This document shows, piece by piece, positions 46,301 through 61,798 of a DNA stretch of 64,000 nucleotides. The position numbers and the translations under genes are program-made. The notes below the pieces were generated by a model. The model searched no databases. It was not told where the DNA came from and saw only the letters and a program-made list of their open reading frames with translations. This DNA is from the human T2T-CHM13v2.0 reference genome, Homo sapiens: assembly GCF_009914755.1 (NCBI RefSeq), contig NC_060927.1; one strand, given 5' to 3'. The first letter of the stretch is position 1. Each line of letters opens with the position of its first letter.

Positions 46301-46975
46301 CCCAAAGAAAGGAAAACAGTATATTGAAGAGATATCTGCCGTCCTATTTTTGTTGCAGCACTATTCGCAACATCCAAGATTTGGAAGCAACCTGAGTGTC
46401 CATCAATAGACAAATGGATAAAGAAAACATGGTACATATACACAATGGAGTACTATTCCAGCCATAAAAATAAATTGGATCCTGTCATTTGCAGCAACAT
46501 GGATGGAACTGGAGGACATTATGTTAAGTGAAAGAAGCCAGGCACTGAAAGACAAACTTTGAATGTTCTCACTTATTTGTGGGAGCTAAAAATTAAAACA
46601 ATTGAACTCACAGAGATAGAGAATGGAATGATGGATACCAGAGGCTGGGGAGGGTAGTTGGGTGGGGAGTGGGGATGCTTAATGGGTATAAAAACATACT
46701 TTGATAGAATAAGATCTAGTATTTGATAGCACAACAGAGTGACTATAGTCAACAATGATTTATTGTGCTTTTTAAAATAACCAAGAGTATAATTGGAATG
46801 TAATTGGAGTATAACTGGAGTAACACAAAGAAATGATAAATGTTTGAGGTGATGAAAACCTCATTAACCCTGATATGATTATTACACATTGTATGCCTGT
46901 ATCAAAATATTTCATGTACCCCATAATTATCTACACCTACTATGTATCCATTAAAATTAAAAATTAAATTAAACA
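43400..46975 (+). mobile_element. 5'-truncated L1MA-type LINE-1 (decayed ORF2 + 3'UTR) with nested L1 3' end
   Basis: Degenerate ORF2 from linker/RT to C-terminus, L1MA 3'UTR from ~46570, A-rich tail at ~46950-46975. Confidence 0.9.
44868..45570 (+). mobile_element. L1PA13-16-type 3' end (~700 bp) nested in L1MA ORF2
   Basis: Host ORF2 is interrupted at aataaattgttctgg and resumes at aataatggtgctgg (diverged TSD). Insert ends cctgaacctaaaataaaagttaaaaaa. Confidence 0.85.
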
Positions 46976-47004
46976 AAGAGATAAAGGTACATTATTTAAA
47001 ATTA

Positions 47005-47215
47005 TAGAAGCATGGCTAAGACCATGGGCTCTGGAGTCAGATTGCCTGGGTGTAAATCCTGGTCTTAGTTGAGGTGTCTGTGCCTCGGTTTTTCTTATCT
47101 ATTAAATGGAGATAAGGATATCTACTTACAGAGTTATGTGATAATTAAATGAGTTGATGCTATTGGAAGAAAGCTTGGCATATGCTAAATACTCAATAAA
47201 TGCTAGCTATTGGTT
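47005..47215 (+). mobile_element. MIR
   Basis: ggctctggagtcagattgcctgggtgtaaatcc...ctgtgcctcggtttttcttatctattaaatgg...actcaataaatgctagctatt. Confidence 0.85.
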
Positions 47216-48354
47216 GATTATTAGCTATTATTTTTGGCAATTAAACATGATTAATAAAGTAAATGTTATTCTACTGGTGAATTTATATTTAATTTATTCT
47301 ATAAATCATTATATATGTACACATGTACAAACTCACTACAAATCTGGAAGGAGAAGAAAGGCTAAGGAGGAGAAAAGGGAATGTAAGATAAATTCTTATT
47401 TATTAGAGGAGCCAATAATTATTTTCTAAATTTAATAAATAAAAAACATAACTATAAGCATATTAATGAGAGTTGCGTTTACCAGGAGAGTTACAAACAA
47501 ACAATTTTTTTAAGTAGCCTCTGATATTTGGGGATATTTGTAATAAATTTTAAACCATCCAATAGCATATGGCTTATAGTTTAAAAGTCAGAGTAGTTGT
47601 TATGCTGGGGGGAAAGGTGATTGAGTTAGTGGCTAGAAGGGAAGATGGCTGGGCACTTTCTGTGGTGCTGGTAATATTTTAGTTCTTGCTGTGGTTGCTG
47701 TTTACATGGGTGTAAGTGCATATGGGAATTTTCTGTATGTACATGGTATAGCCATACAAGTTTAAATAAAAGGTTGCCTCTTCAGAGTAGGACTATAGTA
47801 CATAGACATGGGGCTGGAGTTTTCCTTTGTATTGGATTATATTTAACAATTGTGTTTGTTTACTCTTAAAATCATTCTCTAGTGTTCCTATACCGTCCAG
47901 ACAAAATGAAAGGTAATGTACAGGATGACCCTCTGACTTGGGAAGCTCATGGCTGTATCTTTTCTGAGCTAGGTTAGGACATAGGAGCCCAATGACAAAG
48001 GCCTCTGACCTTAAGCAGCAGTGGATACTGTGAAGGCTACCTGGAGCTCAGGACTGGCAAACCCAATCAGAGGAGTGGCCCTCAGCAGACACAGGACACG
48101 CTGTTGCCATGAGTGTCTCTTCTTCAGTCCACACTCACATGTCAAGCACCTGCTTGTGCCAGACACTGTGCTAGGAGCCAAGAACACAAAGATAAATAGA
48201 ACTCAGAGTGAAGGTTACAGGGGGACAGCCATGATGACAGGCCTCATGGTGGGCAGCGGGAGCTGTGAGGAGAGGGGCACTGGCCAGCACCAACAGGACC
48301 AGCGAGAAGGAGGGTAGGTTCAGAGGGTGCGGTGCCTAAACTGCCAACAAAGCA

Positions 48355-49089
48355 AAGATTGTTCTACCAGATAAATAGAACTAGTAGGTCATATATACAC
48401 ATGACTTTTTTCAATAAATTGGCTTTGCAATTGTTGGAGCTAGCAGAGTCTGAAATCCATCAGGCAGGTTGACAGGCTGGAAATGCTTGGGCAGGAGCTG
48501 ACCCTGTAGTCCACAGGCATAATTTCTTCTTCCTCAAGGAAACCTCATTTGCTCTTAAGGCCTTTCAACTCATTGGATGATGCCACCCAGGTTATACAGG
48601 ATAATCTCCTTTACTTAAAGTCAACACATTGTAGATGTTAACCACATCTACAAAATACCTTCACAGTAATGCCCAAATTAGTGCTTTATTGCAGGGGTCC
48701 CAACCCCCTCACCCATGGACTAGCCTGTTACAAGCCAGGCTGCACAGCAGGAGGTGAGCCGCCGGTGGGCCCAGGAGCCAGCATTACCACCTGAGCTCCA
48801 CCTCCTGTCAGATCAGCAGCATTAGATTCTCATAGGAGTGTGAACCCTATTGTGAACTGCACATGCCTAGGATCTAGGTCTGGGAGCTCCCTAGGAGAAT
48901 CTAACTAAAGCCTGATGATCTGAGGTGGAACACTTTCATCCCGAAACACTGTCATTCCCTGCCCAGTCTGTGGAAAAATTTTCTTCCACGAAACCTGTCC
49001 CTGGTGCCTAAAAGGTTTGGGACAGCTGCTTTATTGGATAACTAGGCACTATAGCCTAGCCAAGTTGACACATAAAACTAACCATCATA
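48355..49089 (-). mobile_element. MLT2-type ERVL solo LTR containing a MER1B
   Basis: ttaaggcctttcaactcattggatgatgccaccca...ataatctcctttacttaaagtcaac...ctagccaagttgacacataaaactaaccatca. Confidence 0.8.
48692..49028 (+). mobile_element. MER1B hAT-Charlie MITE
   Basis: caggggtccccaacc ... ggtttgggacagctg TIRs. Perfect 8-bp TSD ctttattg (48684-48691, 49029-49036). Confidence 0.93.
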
Positions 49090-49151
49090 GTTGGGTTGGA
49101 AGAGGGGCAGTATATCTCAGGCCAAGGGGCAGGAACCCACAAGGGAAGCAC

Positions 49152-49156
49152 CAGAA

Positions 49157-49210
<54 letters not shown>

Positions 49211-49371
49211 GGAGGGGCAAAGGGTACTGAAGAGTCACCGAAGTACAAGTGACATTCAATCCTACAGCCCTTTAATCATTCCCCTACATCCAGTCTCAAT
49301 CTGGCTATGTTCACAGTCACCCACCCTTTCACATAGGTGTGATCCTTCAAGGGTCCAACAGTGTGCCAGAA

Positions 49372-49417
<46 letters not shown>

Positions 49418-49432
49418 GTGGAGGGCAAAGGA
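49152..49432. repeat. Two (TG)n microsatellites (49160-49208, 49375-49414) with duplicated flanks enclosing a templated insert
   Basis: cagaa..(tg)n..ggaggggcaaagg is repeated on both sides of 49225-49370. Confidence 0.9.
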
Positions 49433-49986
49433 ATGCCCAGAAGAAGAAGGGTATGGCAGGAGACAGCAGCAGATAAGTCTGCAGAGGTGAGCAAGGACAC
49501 CCAGTGTATAGATGTCTTTGCTTGCCATGCTGAAGAGCTTTTCTTTGCGTTGCAGCCCAACTCAGGTTGATCATCGGAGTCATCTAGAATCTCCTAGGTA
49601 TCATTTTTGAAAACACAGATTCTTTGGGCTCCTCTCAGACTTAATGAATCAGATAAAATAGTAGCTTATATTATTAAAAAGTCCTATTTTAGTCCCCAGT
49701 CTGATGACCAGGTTTGAGTATCCCTGCTTTAGGCTATAGAAGCCACTGAAGTGTAAAATGATAGGAGCCACATTTTATTTCCATTTAACTATCTTCCTTG
49801 TTTAAGTGTTTGTGCTTTTCACATGAATAGGACAACTATTCTATGGTGGCTTCAAACATCAATGCAGGTAGCATGTGACTGGGAAAAACTTGGCTAAGAT
49901 CCTTCCTAGTATGCTTATCTTCACAGACACAACCTAATTGGGATCAGAAGGGCCAAAGAACTGGAGGCAGGCGATGGAGTTCTTAG

Positions 49987-50470
<484 letters not shown>

Positions 50471-52825
50471 AGAACACAGAGCTTTTTTAAGGCAATATTT
50501 AAGGCAAGCATGGGACATGACAGTACAGATGGAAAGTGTACATGTCAAAGACCGAGGCTTGTTTAACAAGGCAACTCACACAGAGTACTGAGTACACACC
50601 TGGCACATAGGCATCATTAAATGAACATTGGTGCCTGGCCTTCCTAAGCCCTTAGTAATGCCAGCACCCGCTCTACAGCAGTCATAGTCTTTGGAGTCCT
50701 GGAATAAATTTTAAGAAGGAAAAACCATGTCTAGCTTCCAGAATCTTAGGAGATTTTATTAATATCATGGTGTCCATCTGGTTGACATAGGAGACAGGAT
50801 GGATGTCTGTAGCTGAGCTCCAAAATAGATATTACAAATAAGGCTTATGTAGGAAATAGAAACACCCTGTCCTCGGGACCACATTTGTCAGTCCTCTCTC
50901 AATTTAGACCTCTTCAAGTATCCCCAGAGAAACTATCAGGGCCCATCACCACCACCTCCAACTCCAGAGGAAAAGGTTTTTCTTGGAGAGGACTTTCCTT
51001 TTGTGAGGTTTTAGTACTAGAGCCTTGTACTGAAGTACAAGTGACATTCAATACTAGAGCCCTTGAATCATTCCCCTACATCCAGTCTCAATAGTTCAAA
51101 TGCTCAGATTCACATGGATCTTGCACATCTATCTACAAGGAGAATGATAAGCCTTTCTAGGAGAATGGGCTGCAGGTTATCCCAGGATGGTGTTTAAGAT
51201 GAAAAGATAGTGCAGGTGCTAAAGTTGGAAAATGGCTTAAACCTGCTGCAGCTCGGACCTCAGACACACCCAGGCCCAGGGTTGCTCTCCCAACACCATT
51301 CTCAAAACTGAAGTCCTAAGCTGTTAAGTGACCCTACGATGTCTTTCTGAATTTCCCCATCTTGTAAAGAGTGTGTAGATCAACCCCTCATCTCCCACCC
51401 TCAGCTTCCACAATCACACACTAGGAGAGATTTCACCCTTCCATCACTGGTAAACCAGGAATCACCTTCTTGGCCAGCTGCTTTGTGGGCTCATGACCTG
51501 CACCTGGCTCTCTCTGGCTATGTTCACACTTACCCACCCTTCCACCTAGGTGTGATCCTTCAAGGGAACCACACAGTGCATCAGAACTAACAGAAATGAT
51601 CTAAGAGTCCAAGGATTAAATTAAGTGCCTATAATTCATGAAATAATACATTAACTAAAATCTGATATCCAAGAATAGAATAAACAGAATAAAATCTTAA
51701 ATTCTTGACGTTACTCCTATAGAGATGCACTTTGAAACAAAAGAGAATCTCCCAGTCTAATGCATAGAATTTTGCCAAGATGTACCCAAACTTTGCCTCC
51801 AAAGCTGGACAAAAAGAGGGGTCAGACCCTGCTAGGACTGTAAGACAAACTTCAGGTTTGTCTATGTAAGCATATGTAAATCATATTATTTCCTCAGAGT
51901 AGCAATTTCCTCAGTGGCATGAGCCAAGGCCTGGAAACACTTACTCTGAATGGAACACAATGGTTAACAACACACCTGTGGCTACAACAGACCACAGTTG
52001 GGTCCTGCAGGACAGAAAGACTGTCCCTGAGTTGGGCCTCACTCAGAATTCCAGGCTTTGTCTTAAAACCACTGTAGATTGACACTTAAAGATACATCTG
52101 CTTCTGTTGTAACACACCAACTTTCCTGCCAAGAGCAACTAAAAACAAATGTCAAAAAGAACCTTCTGTTTTAAGACACCACTCATCCATCAGGCCCTAG
52201 GATCTAAGAGCCCAGGATACTGGAGAGAAGGAAAATTCACTGAGCTGACTCCTAATATTCTATCCCACTTCTTCCCTCAAGGCACTTACAAGTGATGCTG
52301 AGAGTCAAGCAGAAAGCAGCTGCTAAGTACTTGACAAACTTAACAGATCTTCAGGCAATTTCCTAGGCCTGGGGAGATAAAAGCTGGGGTTCAGGACTAC
52401 CAAGATAGCCAGGACATGTAATTCCAGAAACCCAGAAATAAAAGAAATGCAAAGAGTGAACCCAGCATTGGGCACTACTTTCCACTCACTGCTTTGCTGA
52501 CTCCTACACAATACAAGCTGGGCAGAAAGAAGCATCTAAGAGATAAGAAGATAAGGAGAGCTTTGGGCTGCCTCATTCGGCAGAGAGGAGAGAGGATATT
52601 AAACTATAGGATCCCTCCAAAAGGAAAGCTCCTTTCAGTTGAAAGCCACGAAGGGCCACATCCTGGGAGCCGATCCATTCAGGGATTAAGCTGCTTCTGA
52701 GGAATGGCCTTAATCTTCCACCCTGGCAAAAGAAGGATTAGCAACCTTAGATAGATCTGTTGAAAATACTCAGATTAACACAGAGTGAGAGATAAAAATG
52801 GAAAATGAAAATAAAAGGTTGAAAT

Positions 52826-53667
52826 AGACATGTGTCACTTAATGATGGGGACATGTTCTGAGAAATGCATCATTAAACAATTTCAACTTTATGCAAATAT
52901 CATACAGTGTACTTACACAAGTCTAGATGGTACAGCCTGCCACACCTAGGCTGCATGGTGTAGCCTATTACTTACTCCTAGCTACAAATATATACGGCTT
53001 TTTATTGTACTAATCACTGTAGGCAATTGTAACAGAATAGTCAGTATTTGTGTACCTAATATATCTAGATATAGAAAGGTATGGTAAAAATATGGGGTAA
53101 AAGATAAAAATGGTAAACCTATATTGGGCACTTACAACGAATAGAGCACAATGAATGGAGCTTGCAGGACTGGTAGTTGTTCTGGGTGAGTCAGTGAGTG
53201 AGTGATGGTGCATGTGATGTCCTAAGACATTGCTGTACCCTACTGTAGAATTTATGAACACTGCACACAGAGGCTACACTAGATTTACATAAAAAACTTT
53301 CCTCAATAATAAATTAACCTCAACATACTGTAACAGTTTTACTTTATAAACTTTTTAATGTTTTTGACTTTTTGACTCTTATAATAATACTTAGCTTAAA
53401 ACATACATTGTACAGCTGTACAAATATATCTTTTCTTTATATCCTTATTCTATAAGCTTTTTTCTATTTTACATTTTTTTCTTACTTTTTGAACTTTTTT
53501 ATTAAAAACTAAGACATAAACATACACATTGGCCTAGGCCTACACAGGGGCAAGATCAACAAGATGTCACTAAGCAATAGGAATTTTTCAGCTCCATTAT
53601 AATCTTATGGGACCACCATCGGATATGCAGTCTATCATTGATCAAAAAGTTACGTGGCACATGACCG
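52826..53667 (+). mobile_element. Tigger3 (MER7/Tigger3b-like) TcMar-Tigger element
   Basis: catgtgtcacttaatgatggggacatgttctgagaaatgcatc start, gttacgtggcacatgaccg end followed by TA. Confidence 0.88.
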
Positions 53668-53682
53668 TAAATAAGTACTTGT

Positions 53683-53982
<300 letters not shown>

Positions 53983-54309
53983 TTATTTATTTGTAAATAT
54001 TAATACCCATTAACTACCCATGTCCACACCGTGGAAGCTGCATGTCGCCCCTTTCCTCCACATCTCCAGCACTTCTTCTTTCGTAAGACCAGCTCAAACA
54101 TATCTCCCTTGTTAAAGCCTGCCCTGATGTTTCTAACCTCGAATACTGCCCCTTTTTTCTATGTTTACTTCAGTTCAGTTCAGTAAACATTAATTTAGTT
54201 CCTGCTATGTACTGGGCACTGGATATTTCCATAAGATTTTATTTACTTATTTCCGTTGCATTTACTACTCAAGAAAGTAAACAAAATATATTTTCTTAAA
54301 AAAAAAATA

Positions 54310-55061
<752 letters not shown>

Positions 55062-57286
55062 TTATATAGATATCTACGGCCCATAGAAAATGTATAAGTT
55101 TGTTTTGTGTTATTTTTTCTTTTGCTTTTTATTTTACATACGGTATATTATTCCATACATAATTACTTATCACTTAGTTTATTCAAAGGAGTTGTCCTAA
55201 AGATCTAGCGATAGATCTACCTTATTCTTCTTAATCTGTACAATTTTTCATGGTATTGCTTTAACCTCAGTTTATTTAGCTGCTCCCCTTTTGGTGGACA
55301 TTTAGGCTGTTTGTAGAATAATATTACAAGCAGTACTTCATTTACCATACTTTTATATGCCCTATCTGTGCACATAAATGAATAGCCACCTGGCGTACAA
55401 ACCAAGAAGTGAAAATGCTGGATCACAGAGTGTATCCATTTTTTACTTGGATGGATATTGCCAGATTGTCTTGGAAAATTACCCCGAAGGCAGATCTTAG
55501 TTAAATTTATCTCAGTATCCTGCCCCTCACCTTAAGCCTTTCGCATAGTAGGCACTCAATAAGTATTTTTAAGTTGATGGATAAAAGAACCCATGGCAAT
55601 AGTGAAAATATTCTGAATCATTTCTCTGACTCACCATGAGATGATTTACAATAATTTTCCTGAATGTCTTGTCTAGACTTCAACTGCTAAACCACAAATA
55701 ATGTGTCTTCTGTTTTCTGCATCACACATAGCAACTAGCACCTACATGGGTGTTTAACAAATACTGGTGTTTGTTGAATCAATAAGCGGATATGTTTAAT
55801 GTTAATAGTACAAATAAGTTGGAGAAATAATCATTGTGATTATAGTAATACACAGTAAACATCACGTAAAGATGACATTGCACAGGCCAATTACTATGGG
55901 AAAGGATCTAGGCAGGTGGACATGTTTCTCTAGCCCAAATGACACAGTAATGAAGGTCATTAACTGGGAGCACAAAACAATTGGCTAGGTGCCATTCCTC
56001 TTCAGTAGCAATAGGTTACAGCAAGAGATGGTGGAATTGCACTGGGGAGGAGAATGTGGCTCCACTCCACATTAATGGGGCTCTCAATGTTCCACTGATA
56101 TGCAAATGGGCCACAGGAAACATTCTAAAGCAAGGACAGTGGTGAGAAAGAGAACTGCCCTTGCTTCTGCTTTAAAGATCGTAGGAAGCAGTGTATCAGA
56201 GCTTCTTGATAAGTCTGACTTGCTTCTTGCCTAGACAGTTGGGCCTTGGAGCCATCACCCATGTCCAAAGTAGCCTCCAAAAAACCCACTATCTGAACCT
56301 ACCTCTTTCTAATAGCATTGATTCTCAAAAGCCTCAGCCTTTCAGGTGAAATGAATCCCAATCATTAAAGCAAGAGAAATGCTACCTTCTCATTTCCACA
56401 AGTGTCTATTTCTTCTCAGTTTTTCTAATCATTTTCTCATTAGTCTCATTCTCAATCTCACTTCATTATTATTCTGTTTATGTAATGTCACTCACCAAGC
56501 ACCTTCCAGACTCCTTCCCACCAGCATGCACAATACATTCCAATTATGTAATTATGCCATTGTAATCAAATCATTAAGATTCACATTAAACATGTATTAA
56601 AGTTCACAAGGAAAAAAACGAGCACCAGACACAAGCACCAAGAGGGAGGGAAGCAGACAAACATGCTTATAATTGCAACTCACTTTTAATGAGCCTATGA
56701 CTGTAGGTTTGGGGTCCTGCGAGGATTTTATAACTGAGAAGAGGTGGTTCATTTCTAAAAGTGAAAAGCAACTCTCCCCTCCCCACCCCTATGATTCCAT
56801 TGAGCTAATCCCTTGATTATACAGTGAATTATAAGAAACGACCGAAAACAAGTTCACTGCATGTGGGGCACACACACATACACACACACACAGTGAATAA
56901 AACAAAAAGAACCATCCTGGAGACTTGCAAGCACTCACTGGCCTGGGAGAAATAATGCTGTACCTGTGAAGAAACTCAATTTACTAACTGATTTCAGTGG
57001 TGTGAGGTATCTACATAATCAATTTAGAAATACAAGACCAAACTAACTGAAGTTGATTTTTTTCTGTTGGACACAGTTGCTACAGTGCTACCAGTGGACA
57101 ACAGGCAGATGATAAATCTGCCCTGAGTTGGGTTGCCCAAGTCCAGTAGTAAGGCCAGTGATTTGCACGTCTGGCAGCATATTAGAGAGTGTTGGTGGAG
57201 GGGAGCTTTAAAATAATACACAATACGGCTGCCCAGGCCCCATTTCAGACCAGTTAATCACACTCTCAAGGTGAGGAGTCCAGGAT

Positions 57287-57569
57287 TTTTTTTTTTACTA
57301 GGCAGTTCTCTCTCTGTCCCCCAGGCTGGAGTGCAGTGATGTAATCACAGCTCACTGCAGCCGCAGCCTCATCCTCCTGAGTAGCAGGGACCACAAGTGT
57401 GCACCACCAGACCCAGTTAATTTTTTTATTTTTATTTTTATTTTTCTTCTGCAGAGATGAGGTCTCATTTGGTTGCCTAGACTGGTCTCAGACTCCTGGC
57501 TTCAAGCAATCCTCCTGCCTAGGCCTCCCAAAGTGCTGGGATTATAGGCATGAGCCACCTTTCTTGGCC
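57287..57569 (-). mobile_element. AluJ-like, inserted in a MER5-like element; second MER5A-like copy at ~57647-57830
   Basis: Reverse Alu with J-level divergence. Flanks carry MER5 motifs (cagtagtgatcaaaatgtggtcccagaccagcagcatcagcat...ttgttagaaatgcaaatt). Confidence 0.8.
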
Positions 57570-59001
57570 AAGCAGCCATCATTATTTTTAAGAGCTTTCC
57601 CAGTACCTCTAATATGTAGCCAAAGTTGAGAGCTATTAGTATAGTACAGTAGTGATCAAAATGTGGTCCCAGACCAGCAGCATCAGCATTAGATAGGAAC
57701 TTGTTAGAAATGCAAATTTTCAGGCCTCATCCAAGATGTACTGAATCAGAAACTTGGTGTTAGGTCATCATTTGTGTTTAAGCGCTGCAGGTGATTCTCA
57801 AGCACACTGAAGTTCCAGGACCACTGGGCTAAATCACGTCCAAGTCCAGATGATGAAGAGAAGAATACATGCACATTTTTAAAATAGCCACCATGCTATG
57901 GTCAGTGAGCTAGACACATTAGACATATCATTGCTTTTAATTTTTCAATAATTTACTTATTCACTTAATAAACATATCCTGTCTAATCCAGGACCTTGCT
58001 AGGCATTGAGAATATAAAGCTACATAAAACACAATGCCTTACATTCAAGGAGACTTGTGGTAAATAGATAATTTTAATATAAAGTGGTAACACTAATTGC
58101 TACACATATTGAGTGCTAATCATGTATCAAGGACTCTGCCAAGTGCTTTACCTACATTACACCTACATTATCTCTAATCCTCACAGCAATCTTAGAGGAA
58201 CAGGTGGTGTTATTTCCAGCTCCCATTGGAGGAAACTGAAGACTTAAAGAGGTTAAATGAGCCACCCAAGGTCAAACACCTCACAAGTGGTAGAGCTGGG
58301 TTTGAGCCATGTTCTTAATTACTCACTACTCCAGTGGTTCCTAACCTATGGGCCCAATACTCTTAAGTACTATCTCATAGGAGTACAGAAAATCCACACA
58401 TGCCCAAGCATTTTCCATAGCCTGATTAAATTCTAGGTCCAGTTCCTAGGTATACTTTTCAAGAGTTACTGACGTATTGTGCTCAATGAAAAACTGACTG
58501 CATTGTAACTGTTGTCATATATATTTTTCTTAAGGTACTATAAGTACAATTACAGTTTTATCGGAGAGCCACAAACTGTGGAGCTGTCAAAGCGGGATCT
58601 TCTTATTAAGAAATATTAGGAACCATGTACTATACCATACAACATTGAGAAGGCATGAAGCGTATTCCAATTATAAATAATGTATGAATGACTCCACATT
58701 AAAATAGGCAAAAATATACTTATAGTCCCCAAGTCTGTGAATTTTGTTGGAAAGCCACTTTATTAAAAGTTAAACACTTTCACTTCAGGTGACCACTTGC
58801 TGACAATTAGATTTTAAACATAAATACAAGTGTCTCTGCACTAAAAATCCACTGGAAAAAATTATCCATGGCAAATACTCTTACCCTTACAAACAGAACA
58901 TGCAGTTGGTTCAAAAAAATCCTATTGGAAGATCCTTTTTTTTTTTTTTTTGTCTACCTAGAATCACTTTGAGAAACCACCACTCTACTCATTGTGCTTT
59001 C

Positions 59002-59495
59002 TGTGGTTCAAGTAGGGCTGACATAACCCTAAATTTCAGATTTGGGCCATTGGCCCCAACTTGGTTAATTAGAGAACCCCAGCCCATGGCACAGTGGCTC
59101 GTTCAGGAATCATAGGCACATTGCCGGGCTGGGCAATTAGAGCCTTTTCTAGGTCTTCTAACAAAATCGTCAGAAAGAAGCATTCTATTTTTGCTGGAAT
59201 ACCAGTTATGAGAACAACATAAGCCAAGAACATAGGTTACCTTCTTTCCACCACCTGGAGCGTCTGCTTGAGACAAAGCCAACACTGAGGAAAAATTGAA
59301 CCAGGAGATAGAGAAAAATATAGACTTCTGGTCTGTATACTTTTGAGCTATATGAGCTTCTGGATCCAGCCCCACCTAAGGCCACCTACACCCCTTGTAC
59401 TTATTGGATACATGGGCCAACACCTTCCCTGAGCTTTTTATTTTTAAAGCTAGCGTTTTCTTTCCCTTACAGCCAAATGGGTCCTAGCCAATATA
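59002..59495 (+). mobile_element. MLT1J/K-like MaLR LTR, probably followed by decayed MaLR internal sequence to ~60880
   Basis: tgtggttcaagtagggctgac start and ttacagccaaatgggtcctagccaatata end. Confidence 0.55.
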
Positions 59496-59835
59496 TAAAT
59501 CAGTACTAGGAATAGGATGTTATGAGTGACAGACCTACATGGAAGTGACAGAATTTAAGTAGACTGAGGTACAATAAGGATTCCCCTTTCCCACATTGAA
59601 GTTGGTAATCTTTTTATGGGATAGTGAAAGCGATGGTGAAACTGTCATGTTCCACCTTGGTACTCAACTTAGAAGAAAAAAATATCATGATGTTAGAGTG
59701 AGTTGCTATTTCAGTACAGACTGTCCAAACTAAAAGCGGAAAGGGAAGGAGATAGAGTCTTGCTAAGAGGCAGTGGCCAGAAACCTGAGATGTCTGGATA
59801 ATATATTATCTTCCTAAAACTAAAGTTAGCGTAAG

Positions 59836-60230
59836 TACAGAAAGACAAATATGGCATCTTCTCACTCATATGTCGGAGCTAAAAAAGTTGATCTAATGGA
59901 GGTAGAGAGTAGAATGATAGATATCAGAGGCTGGGAAAGGTGTGAAGGGATGGCTAATGGGACAAACAAACAGGTAGATAAAAGGAATAAGTTCTAGTGT
60001 TTAATAGCAGAGTAGGGTGACTATGATTAACAACAGAGTATCATATATTTCATAATAGCTAGAAGGGAGGACCTGAAATGTTCCCAACACATAGAAATGA
60101 TAAATACTCAAGGGGATGGATACCCTAATTACCCTGACTTGATCATTACACATTCTATGCATGTAAAAAAGTCACATGTACCCCGTAAACATGTACAAAT
60201 ATTATTCATCAATAAAAATAAATAGAAAAT
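59836..60230 (+). mobile_element. L1MA-type 3'UTR fragment
   Basis: acagaaagacaaatatggcatcttctcactcatatg...taccctgacttgatcattacacattctatgcatg...aataaaaataaa. Confidence 0.85.
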
Positions 60231-61798
60231 AAAAGTAGTGTAAATAAAGATAGTTAGGTGGGAAACACAGCAACAATTAATATTGGGACCTAGACAAAAC
60301 CAGGACTATGGAGTGAGCCTAAAGGCCCAGGCCCCTTCCAACACCTCCTAAGTTTCACTTGCTGCTTGAAAAATATAACTACCTCCATAGTAAAGACCTC
60401 CAGGGCAAAGGACACAACATTAGCCTTCTTCAACCCATCGTTTGGACAGATAAGATGGAAGCACTTAAGCCCAAGGCTAGGGACATGCTCAGAGCTCTTG
60501 AGCTTATTGCTAAGAGAGAGATGCTATAAAAGCAATGTCAAAACTCATGGACCATGACTCCATAAGGTCTCTGACTTAGATTAATATTCCTTGAAATTTC
60601 TAGAAAGTTACCTACCTGGCCAGTTGATCCAAGCTCAGGTCCTGAAAATAAAGGCCTGTGATTGCTCAATCCCTCAGGTCAGCCCCAGTGCCCTAGAACT
60701 CCCTCAACAGGAAGTGAACTAGGACAATAAAAACATCTTCTAGAAAAGAAGCATGCCCCATTGCCCATCTCACATATGGTTGTGGAGAGCAGTACATAAG
60801 GAGATGTTCTTGAGGCAGGGCAAGGCCAACCATCTTGGCCCAATGGGAACTCCTCCACTACCTCATCAGGGTGTCTGGAATGCTCACCCACAACACTTTG
60901 GTATGTGGTACTCACTAATGTCAACAGCATCATTTCCACTGTTCCCTGTTTTGTTTTTATTTTTGTTTTTCCCAAAAAAGAAGTTTCTTATAATGGCTAT
61001 AGACTTTTATCTCCATCATTTCCTTCCTGGTATGTTGAGAATGATTAAATGTATGATTTGACCATGGTTTATATTTGAAGAGGCAGCACATCATACAGAG
61101 ACAATGGCGAGAGGGGATGGGATAGGACTGATATATAAATGGAGCTTCAACTGCATCTATAATGCATTATTTCTTTCTTTCTTTGAATCGGTAGGGAAAA
61201 ATTATATTTGAAGAGGGTTTCTTTATTTATAGTAAAAAATAAAATGCATTGGCTTATAGAATCCATATGGTATACTTTTAGTATTGCACTGGTTTACGAG
61301 TCAAACCTACATTTAAATCAAACCCTTTGTCTTCCCTCCCACACTAAAGGAAACTACTTTCTTTTAAATTGATGTTTTCTCTGTTTTTATACTTTCACTA
61401 CCTTTGCACATGTTCATAAATACTATATGATATTGATTTGTGTTTTTAAAACTTAGATAAATAGTATGTTATGCTTATCCTTCAGAAAGTTGGCTTTCTC
61501 CCTCAGCATCATGTTTTTAAGATTTGTGCATTTGGATACATTCATTCATTCTAACGAATTGGTAGTATTCTAACATATGAATAAATCACACTTTACTTAT
61601 CCATTCGCATTCTGACTGCCAATTTGGATTTCTAAATTAGCATTACAGTTTATTTTAACAAACAAAGATCATCGTTGGCCATATCTTCTTATATTACACA
61701 TAAGAGAATTTTCTAGGGCACATACCTATACATGAGCTTGCTGGGCTGTATCGTCTGCCCAACTTCACATGTACTATGTATTGCTAAATTGCTCTCTG

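Noticed and set aside
49240-49371. Processed (spliced) retrocopy of 51032-51586
   Set aside because: The skipped segment has no GT-AG boundaries on either strand, and there is no poly(A) or L1-type TSD. Template switching fits better.
58935-58961. Poly-T tract followed by tag as a splice acceptor
   Set aside because: Simple T run next to an LTR, with no matching strong donor at exon distance.
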